Shown here in pieces: positions 59,201 through 64,000 of a stretch of 64,000 nt of DNA. The stretch is taken from contig NW_002060955.1 of the NCBI RefSeq assembly GCF_000150275.1, positions 598,886-662,885 on the forward strand. Reading direction: 5' to 3'. The notes beneath the pieces were generated by a model that worked only from the letters and a program-made list of their open reading frames with translations, was not told the DNA's origin and made no database searches. The translations under genes and the position numbers were made by a program. Numbering within the stretch: the stretch's first letter is position 1; the number at the start of each line of letters is the position of its first letter. Source of the DNA: Trichoplax adhaerens (taxonomy: Eukaryota; Animalia; Placozoa).

Positions 59201-62200
59201 ATATCTATAAGTGCACGCTAGTAGTTCAGTAGGCATGATTAAGGTAAACAGAATTGCTGATGCATCCATTCTTGCGAGGAAGCAAAACGATCTGGATTGA
59301 GCTCGAACCATTCATTCGTCAAGAGTATCGACAAAGAAAGTACTGAATATAAACATAGAAGCAGCAGAAGTAAAGTAAAATAATGTTATTAACATGATGA
59401 TTGCTCCTCTATTACTGTGGATGTCTGAAGAGGTTATGTCGATCAGACCAAGGGACTCATGACATATATATGTATAATCAGTTTCAGTTTAATTAATTAA
59501 TAAGAGTCTATCAGAGTCCCTGAGCAAACATGATTGATTTTGGTCCGGGTTGAAGGATGTCCGTGCATGATTTTTCTCTTCAATGCCAATATGGTCTTAA
59601 AACGGGGGGGGGGGGCCGGAGATAGAGCTATGGTTAATATAACAACATCGCAAAATCACCTAGGTCTAATTCTCGCTCGTTGAGTTATAATCCTTTAATC
59701 CTTAAGCTTATAGCACTGATCCATCATTGAAATTCACTGGTAAGTTGCAATCTAATTAAAGCACAGTAAAACTGAAATTTGGAAATCTCCATAACCGAAT
59801 TACCATCCATCATGGCGGCCATGACGTCAAGATATCAATCATCTTAATTGAAATGAGTCATTCTACGTCATTTATCCTATGGCTAGTCAACATCTAGCTA
59901 AGTCATCATCGCTGCCTCTTTAGTTGACTAAAAGATATTCCCTACCAGTAAATGTTCATCCTTAATACATGGCAAAGTCAATAATGATGTCATGGCAGCT
60001 ATCTTGACCGCTGTGCACCTCTACTACAGGTATTTATCCTGCAATAGTTTAGATATCGACAGGTACTATTGGGTGCGGCAGTTGAATAATCTCCTCCCAG
60101 TTTTAAATAAGGGATAGCCTATTCTAGCTACAATTTACCCTTTGGAGAATATTACAATCTGCCATTTACGTTCAAGTCAATAATGGTGTTGGACAGTACC
60201 ACTGATCTTCACTGCTGTTGGCGAGTACATATTGATTAGGAGTACTTATACTACAATGGTCTTGATTGTATATCCAAAAGTCCACAAGTCGCTCATATTA
60301 ACATCAACAACTTGCTGTTACTGATTTGCTAGAATGTAAATTAAATGTAGTTGAAATCGATTCCAACTAATAAATGCATGTACCGATTGCTATACCTAAT
60401 TTCATGAGTGATCGATTTATATACTTAGGTATCGTTATAGGCCTTAAACTTGATCATCCATATATGCTAACATCAATCACCATCGACTATTATGGAGATG
60501 CTAGTATGTAAATTGAAATTAATTCCAATCCATACCAATAGGCGTACATCGGCATGTAGGGATGCAAGTATCGATCAATATCATAAATGTAATCTAGCCA
60601 ACGAATACATAGCGCAATAGCAATATAGGCACCTAGGTAACTGCAATACGTTCATATTTCTACCGTCTACTTTTATGCATTATACAACACGTCGCCAAGA
60701 ATAAAGCAGAACTAAATATGAATGAATGATTATGGAATCTCTTAGTAGACTACAATTTATACGATTTATTTATAGTCAATAGGCTGAGTCCCGTGATTCA
60801 ACTTTGCAATTATAGGATGATAGGACTAGATGATATTGCAAATTGTTTAGCTTACGTTGATCAATACGGTAAACTAGTCGCTAATACTAACATCAACGAC
60901 TTGCTGCTATTGGATTGATTAGAATACAAATTGAATGTAATTGAAATCCATTCCAATTAATAAAAGCATGTACCGATTGCTATACATAATTTCATTCTAT
61001 CCGGCATTAAAGCATGAGTGATAAACTTATACGCCTATATAACCTAATAGGCTTTGCTTGAACTTGATCATCAATATTGGCTAGGACTACAAGTTGCTAA
61101 TACTAACATCAATCACCATTGACTTTTATGGACATGCTAGTATGTAAATTGAAATTAGCTCCTATTCATACCAATAGGCTAACATTGGCTTGTAGAGATA
61201 TAAGCATTGATCAATATCATCAACGTGATAAATGCAATAAATTCAATATTTCCACCATCTACTTTTATGCATTACATAACACGTCGTGAAGAATAAAGTA
61301 GATCTAAATGTAAATGAATGATTATGGAATCTCTGAATGGACTACAATTTATTTATAGTCAATAGACTGAGTCCCGTGATTCAACTTTACAATTATAGAA
61401 TGATAGGAGTAGATAGCATTGCAAATTGTTTAGCTTACGTTGATCAACACAGTAAATAACATCGTATTAACGCATGGTAGATGAAAATAGATGTGATACC
61501 ATCAGGGGAATTTATGGAAAGTGTTAGGGGAGAGTTAATATTTAATCTTTTCAGTTAGTTGCACAAGCAAAGGGAGGGAGATTATGTAAACTGTATTGGT
61601 TATGGACAAGGTAGTATTATTAGGTTAAATTACTTCTGCAAAACTCCAGTTGCTAAAATATTCTTAGCATCAGTGTATAGTGCATCAGTAGTACAAAATA
61701 GCAGCCATTAATAAGCTAAATCAAGTTAGATATAGGGGATTGTCTAGAAGCAAAATTGATACCGGGAAATCCTATAATTAAAAGTGCATATCTACAATAA
61801 ACATCTCCTAACTTAACGATTAAATCCTTCGATAAGATAGGAAGGGCATTTTATGCCAATCTTATACTATAATAGGTCGTAAAATTGAAAGTAAAGGATA
61901 AACAACCAGGCCAGTTGTTGTGATTTTATAAAACAAGCCACTTTGCTATACTCTAGTACTGTACTTTACCTGAATAATTAAGCTGGCAACAATCTTAGCT
62001 TTGATATGTTCTAATAATTCTACCATTTTCTTCCAGTCATCATTCATTTCATCTAGACGTTGCTGGAAGTGATCAAGGAAACCTTCGCCAAAATTCTCTT
62101 TCAACTGTGCTAATAGGCGTTCAAGCGAAGAACGGCGAGATTCGTTCGCTTTTACATCGTTAGAATATTCCTATAATGAATTATATGATAAATTGTTAGC

Positions 62201-63777
62201 AAAAAAAAGAAAACTATGGTTCTATTTTGAGTAAAAATTGGTTCTATGCCCACGGCTGTTATATATAAATTACAATGGTATAATTATTGCCAAGTTCTAG
62301 GTTAAGGTATAATTTATCAAGGAGAACCATTCCATCTACTTGGTTATAGGGCACTTGCAATAGCATAAATAAATTATACTGATGGAAATATTTGGTAGCT
62401 ATGAACAAACTTATGTTCTAATATCTGGACAAAATTTTTTTGCGTCTAAGAATATTCTGTATAAATTTTGGTACAATTGTGACAAAATATTAGATATAGA
62501 TAGTCAATATTTTTCTAAATTGCTATATGAATAATAAGTCTTACAGTATATGTATATAAGTGATCCTGCATCTATGACTAGCTAATCTAAATTAGTGTTA
62601 CATAATTATTTCAAAATACTAAATTACGGTATAGAATATTGACGAGAAATATTTTTCTATATTGCTATAGGTCACAAGCAATAATACGTATAAATCAGGC
62701 TGATAAATTATTGTAACAAAATATGGACTCATTCCATTTAAAATTTAAGTAAAATACTCCTACGTCCACGACTATGCCATAGAAATTGCAAAGGTACAAT
62801 TATTACAAAATATTAAACTATGGTATAAATTATCGCTAATAATTATTCTATCTGAATTGCTACAGCCGCTAGAGATCTATTTTAGAAATTTAAGCTATTA
62901 AGAGCTATTAGAACTATAATATTGTCCGTATATTATATCAGCAAATTCTAACTACTTAATAGGCTCGATTAACTACCTGCAATTGCTTTTCTTTATCGTC
63001 GGTATCTTGCAATACTTCTTGCGGCTCAATATCCGCATAAAATTCTTCAATTTTAGGTAATAATCCTGTTACCCATAAATTAAATGCTTCATATTCAGTA
63101 TCGAATGATTCAATTCTATTGCGGCTTTTATCAATCATAGCTTTTTGTCGAGCAGCTTTAATCTTGAGACTGTCGAATTGTCGAACAAGTTGATCTAAGC
63201 CTGGTTTAACACGTTTAGCTGCAAGATTGTCAGATGCCTTTAATTCTTGATAGTCTTTCTTCAGCGTAGTTATACGCTGGCGGCATTTATGAATTTGCGT
63301 CTGGAATAACTGTACAGAAATTATATCAAGATTAGAATAACTTCAGAGATACATAATGAATAAAAATTTACAAAAGATTCTACATTCTTAAGACGTTAGA
63401 ATTATATCATTCTACGCATGTTAAGGGAAATATAGACAGTATTGCTCACCAAAACGCCTTCAGCCCGAGCCTTGAAAGAATCAGCGTCATCAAGGATAGC
63501 TTGATCATCTTGTTGGATTAATTTTTGATGGCTATTTTCAAGCCATTGCTTAATGGATTCAATATCTTGAGCAAGTCCAGCTTCGTTATCTAAATCCAGG
63601 GATGATTGTGATTCCCGTTTACGTTCTTGAATAAAAGCAAAGTAACCCTGAAGATCGTTTTCTAACGAGTTTATATGCTCTTCTAAATCATTTCCGCTGT
63701 CATCAGACTCTTCTTCAACTAGGACAAGCGTATCGATAAAGGTCTTGAATTCTCCTTGCAATTGTGCACCTTTACGC
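38282..63777 (-). CDS. DMD: Dystrophin/utrophin family protein: spectrin repeats, WW, EF-hand, ZZ and C-terminal coiled coils; 5'-partial (continues past 64000)
   Basis: Many spectrin-repeat exons (e.g. 63450-63777, 62978-63309, 61970-62170, 57569-57692, 54377-54666, 51391-51616, 46665-46874, 45223-45545, 43081-43407). WW: [30 protein letters not shown] (~41800-42015). [17 protein letters not shown]; NWLLNVYD; [23 protein letters not shown]; [15 protein letters not shown]: CSVCK...[17 protein letters not shown]...HQMQEYC; [13 protein letters not shown]; coiled coils [17 protein letters not shown]...NKQLEGQL. The last exon frame is ambiguous (stop at 38419 or 38282). Confidence 0.95.
55421..55448. 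repeat. Perfect 13-bp inverted repeat in a dystrophin intron
   Basis: GAGCAAGAAGAAA-CC-TTTCTTCTTGCTC. Confidence 0.9.
58165..58750. repeat. Tandem array, 3+ units of ~180 bp, in a dystrophin intron
   Basis: GCTCA(T/C)..ATGG anchors at 58180, 58358, 58537, 58721 (spacing 178, 179, 184). Confidence 0.9.
60298..61457. repeat. Diverged tandem duplication (2 x ~590 bp) in a dystrophin intron
   Basis: TAACATCAAC.ACTTGCTG at ~60300 and ~60888; both copies end GCTTACGTTGATCAA.AC.GTAAA (~60873, ~61457). Confidence 0.9.
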
Positions 63778-64000
63778 TAAATGATTAATTAAAATTGACT
63801 TCTATTAGATCTACAGAGATAGCATGCAATATCTACCATCAATCTAAACGATCAATCAAAATTGCTACTACAATCCAAAAGACAGTATGCAGAGTCTATC
63901 TTTAAGCTAAATAATCAATTAGAAGCTGCAATGTATTAAATGTATGGAGACATCAGGTATTCCGCTACGAGTTGCTTAATGCCCTAGTTAAAGTAACTTT

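Overview
Eukaryotic, AT-rich, intron-dense genomic DNA (most introns ~70-150 bp). It is consistent with a compact early-branching animal genome, most likely the placozoan Trichoplax (inference from composition, intron style and gene content; not verified). Six spliced protein-coding genes were reconstructed by hand: (1) the 5' part of a diaphanous formin (-, runs off the left edge; contains a U12 AT-AC intron); (2) a TDRD3 homologue (+) head-to-head with it, whose C-terminus is built from tandemly duplicated 84-bp exons and which lacks recognisable UBA/Tudor domains; (3) FANCB (-); (4) PLK4/SAK (+) head-to-head with FANCB; (5) an EPHX2-type two-domain soluble epoxide hydrolase (-) whose HAD phosphatase motifs are degenerate and whose second catalytic Tyr is Phe; (6) the 3' ~26 kb of a dystrophin/utrophin gene (-, runs off the right edge). 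A ~2.5-2.9 kb block is duplicated across a 50-N gap, probably two uncollapsed haplotypes. Four unrelated tandem arrays all have ~170-205 bp periods, and one sits in each of the two divergent intergenic regions. No rRNA, tRNA, CRISPR or transposase was recognised. Most ORFs in the supplied track are exon fragments or antisense shadows. I found no clear-cut new system; the best candidates are the structured promoter-proximal repeat array, the dual-frame exon-repeat tail of TDRD3, and the pseudo-phosphatase EPHX2.
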